From NCBI GenBank assembly GCA_963777015.1, contig CAVZOQ010000003.1, positions 933,422-957,421 of the forward strand: DNA of 24,000 nt. The letters run 5' to 3'. This DNA is from an uncultured Actinomycetes bacterium. Lineage in GTDB: Bacteria; Actinomycetota; CADDZG01; WHSQ01. The first letter of the stretch is position 1. Each line of letters starts with the position of its first letter. Below, piece after piece: positions 8,539 to 17,427 of this stretch. A program made the position numbers and the translations under genes. The notes beneath the pieces are model-generated. The model ran no database searches. It had not been told where the DNA came from and saw only the letters and a list, made by a program, of their open reading frames with translations.

Positions 8539-10073
8539 AGGCTTTCAATCCGGCGACCGGCCAGCAGGTCGGAGAGGTTACGGCGAACTCACCCGCGGAA
8601 GTGACCGAGGCGGTCGCCCTCGCACGCAAGGTTGCCCCCGAGTGGGCAGCGATCCCGGCAGGCGGGCGGGCCCGCATCTTGAAAGACGTACGACATCGCA
8701 TCTACAACCACATGGACGACATCGTCGAAACCGTTGCGACCGAGTGCGGGAAACCCCGAGCCGAGGCCCTCGTCCATGACGTCATGCCGGCTGTTATGGC
8801 TCTGCAGTACTTCGAGCGGGTGTCCGCGAAGGCTCTGCGCCCAGACCACCCCGGGCGCGTCTTGGGTCCCCTCCTTGGGGTCTCTTCCAAGGTGGAATGG
8901 CGCCCCTTCGGTGTCGTGGGCTGTATCTCGCCCTGGAACTATCCGTTCCAACTCGCGATCTTCGCGATCGCTCCGGCTCTCTTCGCCGGGAACACCGTCG
9001 TCCTTAAGCCGTCCGAGGTGACCCCGGGGGTCGGCGAGCTGCTGCGAACCGTTCTCGAAGGACTTGCACCGGGAGTCGCCACGGTCGTGCAGGGTGGCGC
9101 GGACGTCGGAAAGGCACTCGTCGATGCCCCCTGCGACAAGATCTGCTTCATCGGGTCGCCCGCAACGGGTCGGAAGATCGCCGGCGCCGCGGCCAAACAT
9201 CTGACACCGGTGGTGCTGGAGCTCGGCGGTCAAGATGCAGCGATCGTCTGCGATGACGCCGACCTGGACATCGCCACGTCGGGGGTGCTGTGGGGGGCTT
9301 TCTTGAACTCCGGGCAGACCTGCGCGGCGATCGAGAGGGCCTACGTGGTGGACAGCGTCGCGGACGAGTTCACGGAGCGCTTGGCCTCGAAGCTCGCGCA
9401 GCTGCGGCACGAGGAGAACGGAGACATCGGCGCGCTGACGACCTCCGCGGGTCTCGACACGGTGACGCGGCTCGTGCAGGACTCGATCGAGCACGGAGCG
9501 ACCGTAATCGCAGGGGGGCCCGATGAGATCAAGCGTTCCGAGCAGAAGGGCCGCTGGTATCCCGCGACGATCCTCGATGGTCGTTCCGAAGAGATGGCGG
9601 TCTTCAAGGAGGAGATCTTCGGACCGGTGCTTCCCATCGTGCGGGTCCGCGATGAGGCGGAGGCGGTCAGGCGTGCGAACGAGGATGGATTCAGCCTCAC
9701 GGCATCGGTGTGGACCCGGAATCGAGCGCGATTCGACCGGCTTGCGGGGGAGTTGAGGGCGGGAACCGTGAGCAATAACGACCATGCCTCTACCGTGGGA
9801 GCCGTATGGACGCCCTGGGGCGGGGTGGGGGAGTCCGGCTACGGTCGCATCAACGGGATCTACGGGCTGCGTGAATTCAGCGTCCCCGTGCACGTCGCGC
9901 GCTCATTGCTCCCGAGGATGAAGAAGGTGTGGTGGTATCCGTACGACGCGGCCACGACGGAGACCCTCCGTGCGTTCACGGATGCCATAGCCGCGCCCAC
10001 GCTCGCCGAGAAAGCCAAAGCGGCGAGGGTCGCGGCCGGCTCCTTCAGAAAGGCCGTCAGGAACAAGGTCTAG
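8508..10073 (+). CDS. NAD(P)-dependent aldehyde dehydrogenase family protein (with about 60-aa C-terminal extension)
   Basis: ALDH motifs: SPWNYP, general-base region VVLELGGQDAAIV, catalytic Cys FLNSGQTCAAIERAYV, and EEIFGPVLPIV. Confidence 0.9.
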   Translation: MARSTRPKKLKAFNPATGQQVGEVTANSPAEVTEAVALARKVAPEWAAIPAGGRARILKDVRHRIYNHMDDIVETVATECGKPRAEALVHDVMPAVMALQYFERVSAKALRPDHPGRVLGPLLGVSSKVEWRPFGVVGCISPWNYPFQLAIFAIAPALFAGNTVVLKPSEVTPGVGELLRTVLEGLAPGVATVVQGGADVGKALVDAPCDKICFIGSPATGRKIAGAAAKHLTPVVLELGGQDAAIVCDDADLDIATSGVLWGAFLNSGQTCAAIERAYVVDSVADEFTERLASKLAQLRHEENGDIGALTTSAGLDTVTRLVQDSIEHGATVIAGGPDEIKRSEQKGRWYPATILDGRSEEMAVFKEEIFGPVLPIVRVRDEAEAVRRANEDGFSLTASVWTRNRARFDRLAGELRAGTVSNNDHASTVGAVWTPWGGVGESGYGRINGIYGLREFSVPVHVARSLLPRMKKVWWYPYDAATTETLRAFTDAIAAPTLAEKAKAARVAAGSFRKAVRNKV

Positions 10074-11242
10074 CCGGGGTCCGGGAGCTCGAGGACCTGG
10101 GTCTCCAGACCGGCGAGCGCCTTCCCGATCATCGTTTCGATGTCGAGCTTCGCTTCTGCCGTGTCCACATCGGACAAACGGGCCTTGGTGGTGGGCGAGC
10201 GTGGTTCGAACAAGACACAGCAGTCTTGGTGCTTCCGCGTCGAGATCTCGAAGGTTCCGATGCTTCGTGCGTCGTCGATGATCTCGAGCTTGTCCATCCC
10301 GACCAAGGGTCGGATCACCTGGACGGACGGCACCGATGCGTCCACCGCCTGAAGGTTCTCTATCGTCTGTGAGGCGACCTGACCAAGCGAATCGCCGGTC
10401 ACGAGCGCTTGCAGGCCCCGATCGGCCGCAAGCTCGGAAGCGATGCGCATCATCATCCGCCGGTAGAGGATGACCCTCAATCCGGAGGGCGCATTCATCA
10501 CCACGTCACGCTGGGCGTCGGCGAGCGGGACGAGGTGAAGGGTGACGGCGAGGTGGTACTCGGCGAGCACTTGGCTCAACTCCACAGCTTGCCGAACGGA
10601 GGACGGGTCCGTATAGGGCTGGCCGTGGAAATGGATCAGCTCGACCTCGGTCCCGCGGCGCATCATTCGCCAGGCGGCCACGGGGGAGTCGATGCCTCCC
10701 GACAGGAGCGCGAGCATGCGTCCCGAGACCCCGACCGGCAGGCCCCCGGGCCCCGGCATGCGATGCCTGTACACGATGGCAGCGTCACCGAAGAGCTCGA
10801 TGTACGCGGTCGCCTCCGGATCGCTGAGGTCGACTCGGGCTCCGGTGGCGTCCTTGATCCGTTGACCGACATCGACGTTGATCTCGCGGGATGACAACCC
10901 GGCCGACGAGTAGGAGCGGCGCGCCCGCACGCTGAAGGACCCGAATGGCTCGGCCAGCATCAGTTCGAGGGCTCCATCGGCGATCGCGTCAAGATCCGGG
11001 CTGACGCGGATACCCGCGCCCACGTTGGCGACCCCGAACACGCGGGCCGCACGGCGAGCGGCTTCATGGGGTTGCGCTCGTTCCTTGAAGTCGACGGTCA
11101 AGCGACCGAACCCACGACGTATCCGCTTGTAGCCGGTGCCTCTCAGCGCTCGTTTCAGATTGCGCGCGAGGATCTCCTCGAAGAACTCACGGTTACGACC
11201 CTTTAGACCGACCTCGTGGTAGTGCGCGACCAGCGCGTCCAC
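10070..11242 (-). CDS. thiI: tRNA 4-thiouridine(8) synthase ThiI (THUMP + PP-loop; no C-terminal rhodanese domain)
   Basis: PP-loop LLSGGIDSPVAAW, an N-terminal ferredoxin-like/THUMP region, and 390 aa. GTG start at 11242, 3 nt after the upstream stop. Confidence 0.9.
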   Translation of the reverse strand: MDALVAHYHEVGLKGRNREFFEEILARNLKRALRGTGYKRIRRGFGRLTVDFKERAQPHEAARRAARVFGVANVGAGIRVSPDLDAIADGALELMLAEPFGSFSVRARRSYSSAGLSSREINVDVGQRIKDATGARVDLSDPEATAYIELFGDAAIVYRHRMPGPGGLPVGVSGRMLALLSGGIDSPVAAWRMMRRGTEVELIHFHGQPYTDPSSVRQAVELSQVLAEYHLAVTLHLVPLADAQRDVVMNAPSGLRVILYRRMMMRIASELAADRGLQALVTGDSLGQVASQTIENLQAVDASVPSVQVIRPLVGMDKLEIIDDARSIGTFEISTRKHQDCCVLFEPRSPTTKARLSDVDTAEAKLDIETMIGKALAGLETQVLELPDPG

Positions 11243-11245
11243 GGC

Positions 11246-11533
11246 TTAGGTCGTTTCTTCGAAACCGACCGAGAACAGAGCCTCGACATCGTGTCGTGAG
11301 AACACCTTGAACGCGACGAGGGTTTGGGTGCGCTCGATGCCGGGGATCCGTCCGATCTCCTCGGTTACGACGCGGGCGAGATCCTCGTGCTCGCGGACGC
11401 GAACCATGATCACCAGGTCGTAGTCGCCCGAAACGGAATAGACCTCGGTGACCTCGGGCAGGTCCGCGATGGCTTGAGCGGTCTCGGGGACCTGGTGGAT
11501 GTTGCAGGTGGCGAGGACGATGGTGGTGACCAT
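11246..11533 (-). CDS. Lrp/AsnC-type ligand-binding-domain-only protein (no HTH)
   Basis: 95 aa, MVTTIVLATC...VYSVSGDYDLVIMVRVREHEDLARVV...IPGIERTQT, which is an AsnC_trans_reg (RAM-like) fold signature. ATG 11533 has GAGGGG upstream. The longer ORF to 12088 is an out-of-frame shadow of the sigma gene. Confidence 0.8.
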   Translation of the reverse strand: MVTTIVLATCNIHQVPETAQAIADLPEVTEVYSVSGDYDLVIMVRVREHEDLARVVTEEIGRIPGIERTQTLVAFKVFSRHDVEALFSVGFEETT

Positions 11534-11547
11534 TCTGCCCCTCAGGC

Positions 11548-12498
11548 CTAGATCGTCACCATGTCCCGGAGCTTGCCCGGGGTGCTCGGATGACGCAGCT
11601 TGGACAGGGCTTTGGCTTCGATCTGCCGGATGCGCTCGCGGGTCAGGTTGAATTCCTTGCCGACCTCTTCGAGCGTGCGCGGCTCGCCGGTCACCAGCCC
11701 GAAGCGAAGGGCCAGGACCTTGCGCTCGCGCTCCGAGAGGGAGCCGAGCATGTCCCACAGATCCTCCTGGCGCAGAGCGACCGCGGCGGCCTGGAAGGGG
11801 CCCTCCACGTCCTCGTCCTCGATGAAGTCTCCGAGCTCGGCGTCCTCGTCGCCGACCGGCTCGTGGAGCGAGACGGGTTCGGGAAGAACGCGGAACGCTT
11901 CGCGGACCTTGTCGGGCGTCAGGTCGGCCTGATGTGCGATCTCCTCGATCGTGGGCTCTCGCCCGAGCTTCTCGAGGAGCTCCGACTGGACCTTGCGGAC
12001 GCGGTACAGGGTTTCCACCATGTGTACCGGGATGCGGATCGTGCGGGCTTTGTCGGCGATGGCGCGGGTGATCGCCTGACGGATCCACCAGGTCGCGTAC
12101 GTCGAGAACTTGAAGCCCCGTTGCCAGTCGAACTTCTCGACGGCACGCATCAGGCCCAGGTTTCCCTCCTGGATCAGATCCAGCAGCGGAAGACCCGCGG
12201 CCGAGTACTTCTTCGCGATCGACACGACCAGCCGCAGGTTGGACTGGATGAAGCGACGCTTCGACTGCCGGCCCATCCGAACGGTCCGCTCGAGATCCGT
12301 GCGCTGCTTGGGGGTCAGCTTCTTGGCCTTGTCCAGCTTCTCGAGCGCCTTCTCGCCGGCCTCGATGCCCTGAGCCAGCTCGACCTCCTGAACGTCGGTC
12401 AGGAGTGGGTACTGGCCGATCTCGCGCAGGTACTGCCGCACGAGATCCTCGTGGGCAGCCTCCTCCCGAGATTCGTAAGGGCGCGTAGCCTCACTCAT
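11548..12498 (-). CDS. RNA polymerase sigma-70 family factor, group 1/2 (SigA/SigB-like, compact with no long region 1.1)
   Basis: Region 2 is [43 protein letters not shown], region 3 is IRIPVHMVE, and region 4.2 is [30 protein letters not shown]. Confidence 0.95.
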   Translation of the reverse strand: MSEATRPYESREEAAHEDLVRQYLREIGQYPLLTDVQEVELAQGIEAGEKALEKLDKAKKLTPKQRTDLERTVRMGRQSKRRFIQSNLRLVVSIAKKYSAAGLPLLDLIQEGNLGLMRAVEKFDWQRGFKFSTYATWWIRQAITRAIADKARTIRIPVHMVETLYRVRKVQSELLEKLGREPTIEEIAHQADLTPDKVREAFRVLPEPVSLHEPVGDEDAELGDFIEDEDVEGPFQAAAVALRQEDLWDMLGSLSERERKVLALRFGLVTGEPRTLEEVGKEFNLTRERIRQIEAKALSKLRHPSTPGKLRDMVTI

Positions 12499-12826
12499 CA
12501 GTGGTTCACCAGCCTTCTTCTTGTTTTCGAGCGGATCCTCTTATGACGCTCCATGAGATAGGACGCAGAAGTACCTCTCTGCGTTTCCCTCCGCCACCCC
12601 CGGATCGGCCGGCTGGGTCTCCCATCGGAGCGGCCGCTAGAGCGGCGGGGCCGGGCATCGAGCCGTTGGCGTGTGGCTTCGGAGCTAGATTTCTTTCCTA
12701 CGATTCTGCACATGGTAAAGGAATCCTCCCCCGAGGGGAAGGCCGGACTTTCCTGTCCACCAGTCACAAGAACCGCCTTGATGCTTGATTTGTTCCCACC
12801 CGGAGGGGCCCGGAAACACCCCTAAC

Positions 12827-13300
12827 ATGGCTCCCATGACCCAAGAGGGCGTCCCACCGCCGATCCTCGTCTCCGCCTGCCTGGCCGGGCGGGCCTGCCG
12901 CTTCGACGGGGCGGCGAACCCTGACGACGAGGTCGGGCGGCTCGTCGCCGACGGCCGGGCGATCCTGGTGTGTCCCGAGGAGGACGGAGGCCTGGGAACC
13001 CCACGACCCCCCGCGGAGATCGTCGGAGGGGATGGTCACGACGTCCTCGACGGCCGGGCCCGGGTCGTCACCCACGCCGGAGATGACGTCACCGACGCTT
13101 ATCTGGCCGGCGCCCGGATCGCGTTGCAAACAGCCAGGAGAGCGGGGGTCCGCACCGCGATACTGAAGGCTCGGAGCCCCTCCTGTGGTGCCGGCTGCGT
13201 CTACGACGGCAGTTTCACGCGGACCCTGCGGACGGGCGACGGCGTCACGGCCGCGTTGCTGCAAGCGAACGGGATCGAGGTCAGAACCGACTCCAGCTAG
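12827..13300 (+). CDS. DUF523 family protein (TudS-like [4Fe-4S] thiouracil desulfidase family)
   Basis: Signature ILVSACLAGRACRFDG...LVCPEEDGGLGTPRPPAEI...ILKARSPSCG with the conserved Cys set. The start is uncertain: ATG 12827, ATG 12836 or TTG 12785. Confidence 0.75.
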   Translation: MAPMTQEGVPPPILVSACLAGRACRFDGAANPDDEVGRLVADGRAILVCPEEDGGLGTPRPPAEIVGGDGHDVLDGRARVVTHAGDDVTDAYLAGARIALQTARRAGVRTAILKARSPSCGAGCVYDGSFTRTLRTGDGVTAALLQANGIEVRTDSS

Positions 13301-13308
13301 GACGAGCC

Positions 13309-13336
13309 AAGGGCCGGGAGAAGTCTCCCGGCCCTT
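13309..13336. terminator. Bidirectional intrinsic terminator between convergent DUF523 and sodA genes
   Basis: A perfect 12-bp stem AAGGGCCGGGAG-aagt-CTCCCGGCCCTT, with T residues on the plus side and A residues on the other side. Confidence 0.6.
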
Positions 13337-13357
13337 TCGTCGGTTCGTGCGATCCGG

Positions 13358-13972
13358 CTAACCCGCCGCCGAGAATCGCTTGTTGATCTCGTCCCAGTTC
13401 AAAGTGTTCCACCACGCCTGGATGTAGTCCGGGCGCTTGTTCTGGTACTTGAGGTAATAAGCGTGCTCCCACACGTCGATCCCGAAGATGGGCTCGTACC
13501 CCTCCATGTAGGGGGAGTCCTGGTTGGAGCACTGGATGATCTCGAGGCTTCCATTCTTGGAGGCAAGCCACGTCCACCCGCTGCCGAACAACGCGGTGGC
13601 CTTCTCGGTGAAGGAGTCCTGGAACTCTTTGTAGGACCCGAATGCCTCGTCGATGGCCGAGCCGGCGTCCCCGGAGGGATCGCCACCGCCATCCGGTCCC
13701 ATGATCGTCCAGAAGATCGAGTGGTTCGAGTGCCCGCCGCCATGGTTGCGGACCGGGCCCTTGATGTCAGCCGGGACCTTGTCGAAGTTCTTCACCAGGT
13801 CGTGGACGGAGTCGAAGAGGAGATCGTCGTGACCTTCGACCGCGGCGTTGAGCTTGTCCACGTACGTCTGATGGTGCTTCGAGTGGTGAATCTCCATCGT
13901 CTGGGCATCGATGTGAGGCTCCAGCGCGGAGTAGTCGTAGGGCAAATCCGGCAATGAGTATTTTCCGGCCAT
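13358..13972 (-). CDS. sodA: Fe/Mn superoxide dismutase
   Basis: YSLPDLPYDYSALEPHIDAQTMEIHHSKHHQTYV and the C-terminal metal-ligand motif DVWEHAYYL. ATG 13972 has AAAGGGG upstream. The ORF is open to 13987. Confidence 0.95.
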   Translation of the reverse strand: MAGKYSLPDLPYDYSALEPHIDAQTMEIHHSKHHQTYVDKLNAAVEGHDDLLFDSVHDLVKNFDKVPADIKGPVRNHGGGHSNHSIFWTIMGPDGGGDPSGDAGSAIDEAFGSYKEFQDSFTEKATALFGSGWTWLASKNGSLEIIQCSNQDSPYMEGYEPIFGIDVWEHAYYLKYQNKRPDYIQAWWNTLNWDEINKRFSAAG

Positions 13973-14156
13973 ACGAACCCCTTTCAAGTGGTTGGGTTAC
14001 CGATATCTCAACCCTACCCGGAGGGCTTTGATTCCACCCATTACCTTGCCTTGCTTGGAGGTAAGCATCTGTCGCAACCTGCCCCCCGGCTATCAACCGG
14101 ACGGAGCCGGCCGTCGATTGAGTCAGAGACACGCTGGCAAGCAAGGGACGAACGAA

Positions 14157-14519
14157 TTGAGCACCAATGGCAGGGTTCTGATCGTCGACGACGACAAGAA
14201 TGTGCGGAACATCCTCCAGATCGTCATCGAGGCGGACGGCTACACGGTCGTCGGCGAAGCAGTCAACGGTCTCGAGGCCGTTCGTATGGCGCGCGGCGAT
14301 CAGTTGGACTTCATCATCCTCGACATGCAGATGCCCGAGCTCAACGGTGACTCAACCGCCACCGTCTTGAAAGCCGTGTGTCCCGGGGCGCAGGTCGTGG
14401 CGTTCAGCGCCCACCTCGACAAGAAACCGGACTGGGCGGACGCGTACCTGACCAAAGCTCACATGAACGATCTGACCACCCTGCTCGACAGCCTGAGGAA
14501 GACTGCGCTGAGCGGATAA
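14157..14519 (+). CDS. Stand-alone CheY-like response-regulator receiver protein
   Basis: Acidic pocket VLIVDDD, phospho-acceptor FIILDMQMPE, AFSAH and conserved Lys in YLTKA. TTG 14157 follows AAGGGA. The ORF is open upstream to 13992, so the start is uncertain. Confidence 0.75.
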   Translation: MSTNGRVLIVDDDKNVRNILQIVIEADGYTVVGEAVNGLEAVRMARGDQLDFIILDMQMPELNGDSTATVLKAVCPGAQVVAFSAHLDKKPDWADAYLTKAHMNDLTTLLDSLRKTALSG

Positions 14520-14551
14520 CGGGCCGCGCGGATCTAAGCGACGATAATGAG

Positions 14552-14582
14552 GGCCCCCGGTCGACGGGGGCCTTTTCCTTTT
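14552..14582 (+). terminator. Rho-independent terminator
   Basis: Stem GGCCCCCG-gtcga-CGGGGGCC followed by TTTTCCTTTT, 33 nt after the receiver gene stop. Confidence 0.75.
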
Positions 14583-14604
14583 GCCTTCTGCAAGGAGGAC
14601 CAAC

Positions 14605-14853
14605 GTGGGTCAAGTCGTTCAGGTCACGGGTGCGATCCTGATCCTCATCGCTTTCTCGCTGTCCCAGTTCCGAGTCTGGGATCAGGACGCCTACCCCTAT
14701 CTGGTGCTCAATCTCGCCGGAGCCGCCATCCTCGGGGTCGACGCATTCATCGAGGAGCAGTGGGGCTTCGTTCTACTGGAGACGGTGTGGGCGGCAGTCT
14801 CGCTCTGGGCCCTGGGCTCGAAGACGATGGGGCGCGGCAGGGCCGCTACCTAG
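14605..14853 (+). CDS. Small (82 aa) three-helix integral membrane protein, function unknown
   Basis: GTG 14605 lies 6 nt after a strong RBS AAGGAGG (14592-14598). There are three hydrophobic segments: TGAILILIAFSL, YLVLNLAGAAILGV and FVLLETVWAAVSLWAL. Confidence 0.6.
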   Translation: MGQVVQVTGAILILIAFSLSQFRVWDQDAYPYLVLNLAGAAILGVDAFIEEQWGFVLLETVWAAVSLWALGSKTMGRGRAAT

Positions 14854-14942
14854 TCCCGGGGGCCCGGTTCTTCGCTACCCGCTAGGCTCGGACATGCCCG
14901 TTTGTCACGAGACGAAGGTGGTCGGCCATCAGCAATTTCTCG

Positions 14943-16565
14943 GTGTTGAAAACGCCCGAAGCGCATAACGAGCCCGTCAAGGACTACGCGCCCGGTTCAC
15001 CCGAGCGCCGCTCGCGTCCAGGCCCGGCTCCGCCTCATGCAAGACGAGCGCATCGACATCCCCATGGTTATCGGCGGCAAGGAAGTCACGAGCGGGGACA
15101 TCTACGAAACGGTCATGCCGCACAACACCAAGCACGTCCTCGGGGACGTCCATCAAGGAGCCGCTCAACATTTCGAGCAGGCCGCTGCGGCTGCTCGCGA
15201 AGCCCATAGCTCGTGGGCGGCACTGCCGTGGGAGGCACACGCCTCGATCTTCTTGCGTGCCGCAGATCTTCTCGCCGGACCGTGGCGCGACGAGTTGAAC
15301 GCTTCGACGATGTTGGGGCAGTCCAAGACCGTGCACCAGGCCGAAATAGATGCAGCTTGCGAGCTCATCGACTTCTGGCGCTACAACGTTGAGTACATGG
15401 GTCGTATCTACAGTGAGCAGCCACGATCCGCCCCCGGGATGTGGAACCAGATGGACTACCGGCCACTCGAGGGCTTCGTATTCGCCGTCTCCCCCTTCAA
15501 CTTCACTTCGATCGCGGCCAACCTCCCCACCGCACCTGCCCTCATGGGGAATACGGTGGTGTGGAAGCCGTCCCTCACCCAATCCTTCTCGGCTCATTAC
15601 ACGATGAAGTTGCTGGAGGCGGCTGGGCTGCCGGACGGGGTCGTGAACATGATCCACGGAGCCGGCCCCGAGATAGGGGAGGTAGCGCTCGCTCACCCCG
15701 ACTTGTCGGGGATCCACTTCACCGGTTCGAGTGCCACGTTCAACTGGATGTGGGGCAAGGTCGGCGAGAACATCGAGAAGTATCGGAATTACCCGCGCAT
15801 CGTCGGCGAAACCGGCGGCAAGGACTTCATCGTGGCTCACCCGTCCGCGTCCGTCGATGCACTTGCGACCGCGATACTGCGTGGCTCCTTCGAATACCAG
15901 GGTCAGAAGTGTTCCGCCGCCTCGCGCGTTTACGTACCGTCGAACCTCTGGGGGGCCGTGAGAGAGCGCCTGGCGGATCAGGTCGGTCAGATAAAGATGG
16001 GAGACGTCGCGGACTTCGGCAACTTCATGGGTGCCGTCATCGACGATCGCGCCTTCAAGAAGCACTCGGAGGCGCTGTCCGAAGCCAGGTCCGGCGACGG
16101 GTTCGAGATCGTCGCGGGTGGCGACGCCGACGACGCGGAGGGGTACTTCGTGTCTCCTACGGTGGTGCGGTCAGAGGACCCGAACAGTCGATTGATGCGT
16201 GATGAGCTATTCGGTCCGATCGTCACGACCTACGTGTACGACGAGGGCGATTTCGACGAGGTTCTCGAGCTGGTGGACGCGACGAGTCCCTACGCACTGA
16301 CCGGCGGGATCTTCGCAGCGGATGAGGAAGCGGTCGTGAGGGCGAAGGAGAGGCTGCGCTTCTCGGCCGGGAATTTCTACGTCAACGACAAGCCGACCGG
16401 AGCCGTCGTCGGCCAGCAACCCTTCGGGGGGCGCGGAAGTCGGGAACGAACGACAAGGCGGGTTCGATCTGGAACCTCATTCGGTGGGCGAGCCCCCGAA
16501 CGATCAAGGAGACCTTCGCACCTCCGACGGACTACAGGTATCCGTACATGAAGCCGGATGCATAG
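14943..16565 (+). CDS. pruA: L-glutamate gamma-semialdehyde (1-pyrroline-5-carboxylate) dehydrogenase PruA, interrupted by two apparent 1-nt frameshifts (intact central ORF 15037..16551)
   Basis: The central frame carries ALDH/P5CDH motifs: GQSKTVHQAEIDAACELIDFWRYN, ETGGKDFIVAHPSA, and catalytic Cys FEYQGQKCSAASRVYVP. The conserved N-terminus (HNEPVKDYAPGSPER) is in the coordinate-0 frame up to about 15008. The conserved C-terminus (ARKSGTNDKAGSIWNLIRWASPRTIKETFAPPTDYRYPYMKPDA*) is in the coordinate-0 frame from 16431. Confidence 0.85.
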
Positions 16566-16589
16566 CAAGGGGAGCGGGGGGACCAACCC

Positions 16590-17423
16590 TTAACGGGCCA
16601 CGTCGAGGGTCTCGCCCTCCACCGCCACCTCCACGCTCAATCCCGAACGCTGAAGTTGGGACCCAAGGGCGTCGAGCTCATCGTCCGTGCGATCGGGATG
16701 GTGATGGTAAAGGAGAACCCTGCCGGCGCTCGCTTTCTCTGCGAGCCCGACCGCGTATTCGGCCGCGGCATGCCCGAACAATGCTCCGGAGGCGAACTCG
16801 GACGCCAGGTATTGAGCATCGTGGATCAGCACGTCGACTCCTTCGACGAGGTCCATCACGTCGGGGTGGTATTCACCGAGGCCGTCCGGTCCTTCGCCGA
16901 CGGCTGCCGGATTGTGATCGGAGATGTAAGCGAAGGAGCTCGACCCGTCGGACACCCGATAGCCGAAGCAGGGCCCTCCCTTGTGCGGGACGCGCCGCGC
17001 GACCACTTCGTATCCCTCGATCTCGCGAGTCCCCGCGTCGAGGCGCGCGAAAGAACAGAATCCGCGCATCTCCGTCGGATCGATCGGGAAGTACGGAGGA
17101 GACATCACCTGTTGCAGAGCGCCCAAGGGGTCATCGTGTTCGGGCACGAAGAGATGTGCGCTGGCATCCTCTCGGTCCAATGAGGCGAAGAACGGCAGGC
17201 CCTGGATGTGATCCCAATGCAGGTGGGTGAACAGGATGGTGCCGCGGAAAGGAGATGTCCCGAGGACCTCATGCACTCTCCTGATGCCGGTTCCCACGTC
17301 GAGGATCAATCGTGTGCCGCGGTCGTCGCTCACGGCGACGCAGGGCGTATTGCCGCCGTACCGTACGAAGGCGGCACCTGGTGCCGGGGTTGAACCCCTG
17401 ACGCCGCCCAGGAATAACTTCAC
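16590..17423 (-). CDS. MBL-fold metallo-hydrolase (candidate cyclic-nucleotide phosphodiesterase by context)
   Basis: HxHxDH motif in ILFTHLHWDHIQGLPFF, and downstream His/Asp ligands (DVLIHDAQY, GHAAA). GTG 17423 lies 4 nt after the upstream stop. The ORF is open to ATG 17480. Confidence 0.8.
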   Translation of the reverse strand: MKLFLGGVRGSTPAPGAAFVRYGGNTPCVAVSDDRGTRLILDVGTGIRRVHEVLGTSPFRGTILFTHLHWDHIQGLPFFASLDREDASAHLFVPEHDDPLGALQQVMSPPYFPIDPTEMRGFCSFARLDAGTREIEGYEVVARRVPHKGGPCFGYRVSDGSSSFAYISDHNPAAVGEGPDGLGEYHPDVMDLVEGVDVLIHDAQYLASEFASGALFGHAAAEYAVGLAEKASAGRVLLYHHHPDRTDDELDALGSQLQRSGLSVEVAVEGETLDVAR

Positions 17424-17427
17424 GGGT

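Noticed and set aside
8589-9893. A 434-aa ORF antisense to the aldehyde dehydrogenase gene
   Set aside because: It has an Arg/Gly/Pro-rich, low-complexity composition with no motifs. It lies fully inside a gene with strong ALDH motifs on the other strand, which is the typical shadow ORF of high-GC DNA.
11534-12088. N-terminal 185 codons of ORF 11246..12088
   Set aside because: This part is out-of-frame overlap with the sigma factor gene and is extremely Arg/Pro/Gly-rich. Only the last 95 codons, from ATG 11533 with its own RBS, look like a real AsnC-type domain protein.
12499-12826. The 328-bp divergent region between the sigma factor and the DUF523 gene, examined for a tRNA, riboswitch or sRNA
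   Set aside because: I found only short 5-bp hairpins and a CTTGATG/CTTGATT near-repeat. There is no cloverleaf or recognisable riboswitch core. It is most simply two divergent promoters plus a long sigma leader.
14854-14880. Short CCGGG/CCCGG palindrome after the small membrane protein, considered as a terminator
   Set aside because: The loop would be only 2 nt and the stem 5 bp, with a poor T-tract. This is not convincing.
14977-16065. A 362-aa ORF antisense to pruA, and similar shadows at 2945..3928, 1693..2349 and 11590..12546
   Set aside because: Each is antisense to a gene with clear family motifs and shows no motifs of its own. These are GC-rich shadow frames.
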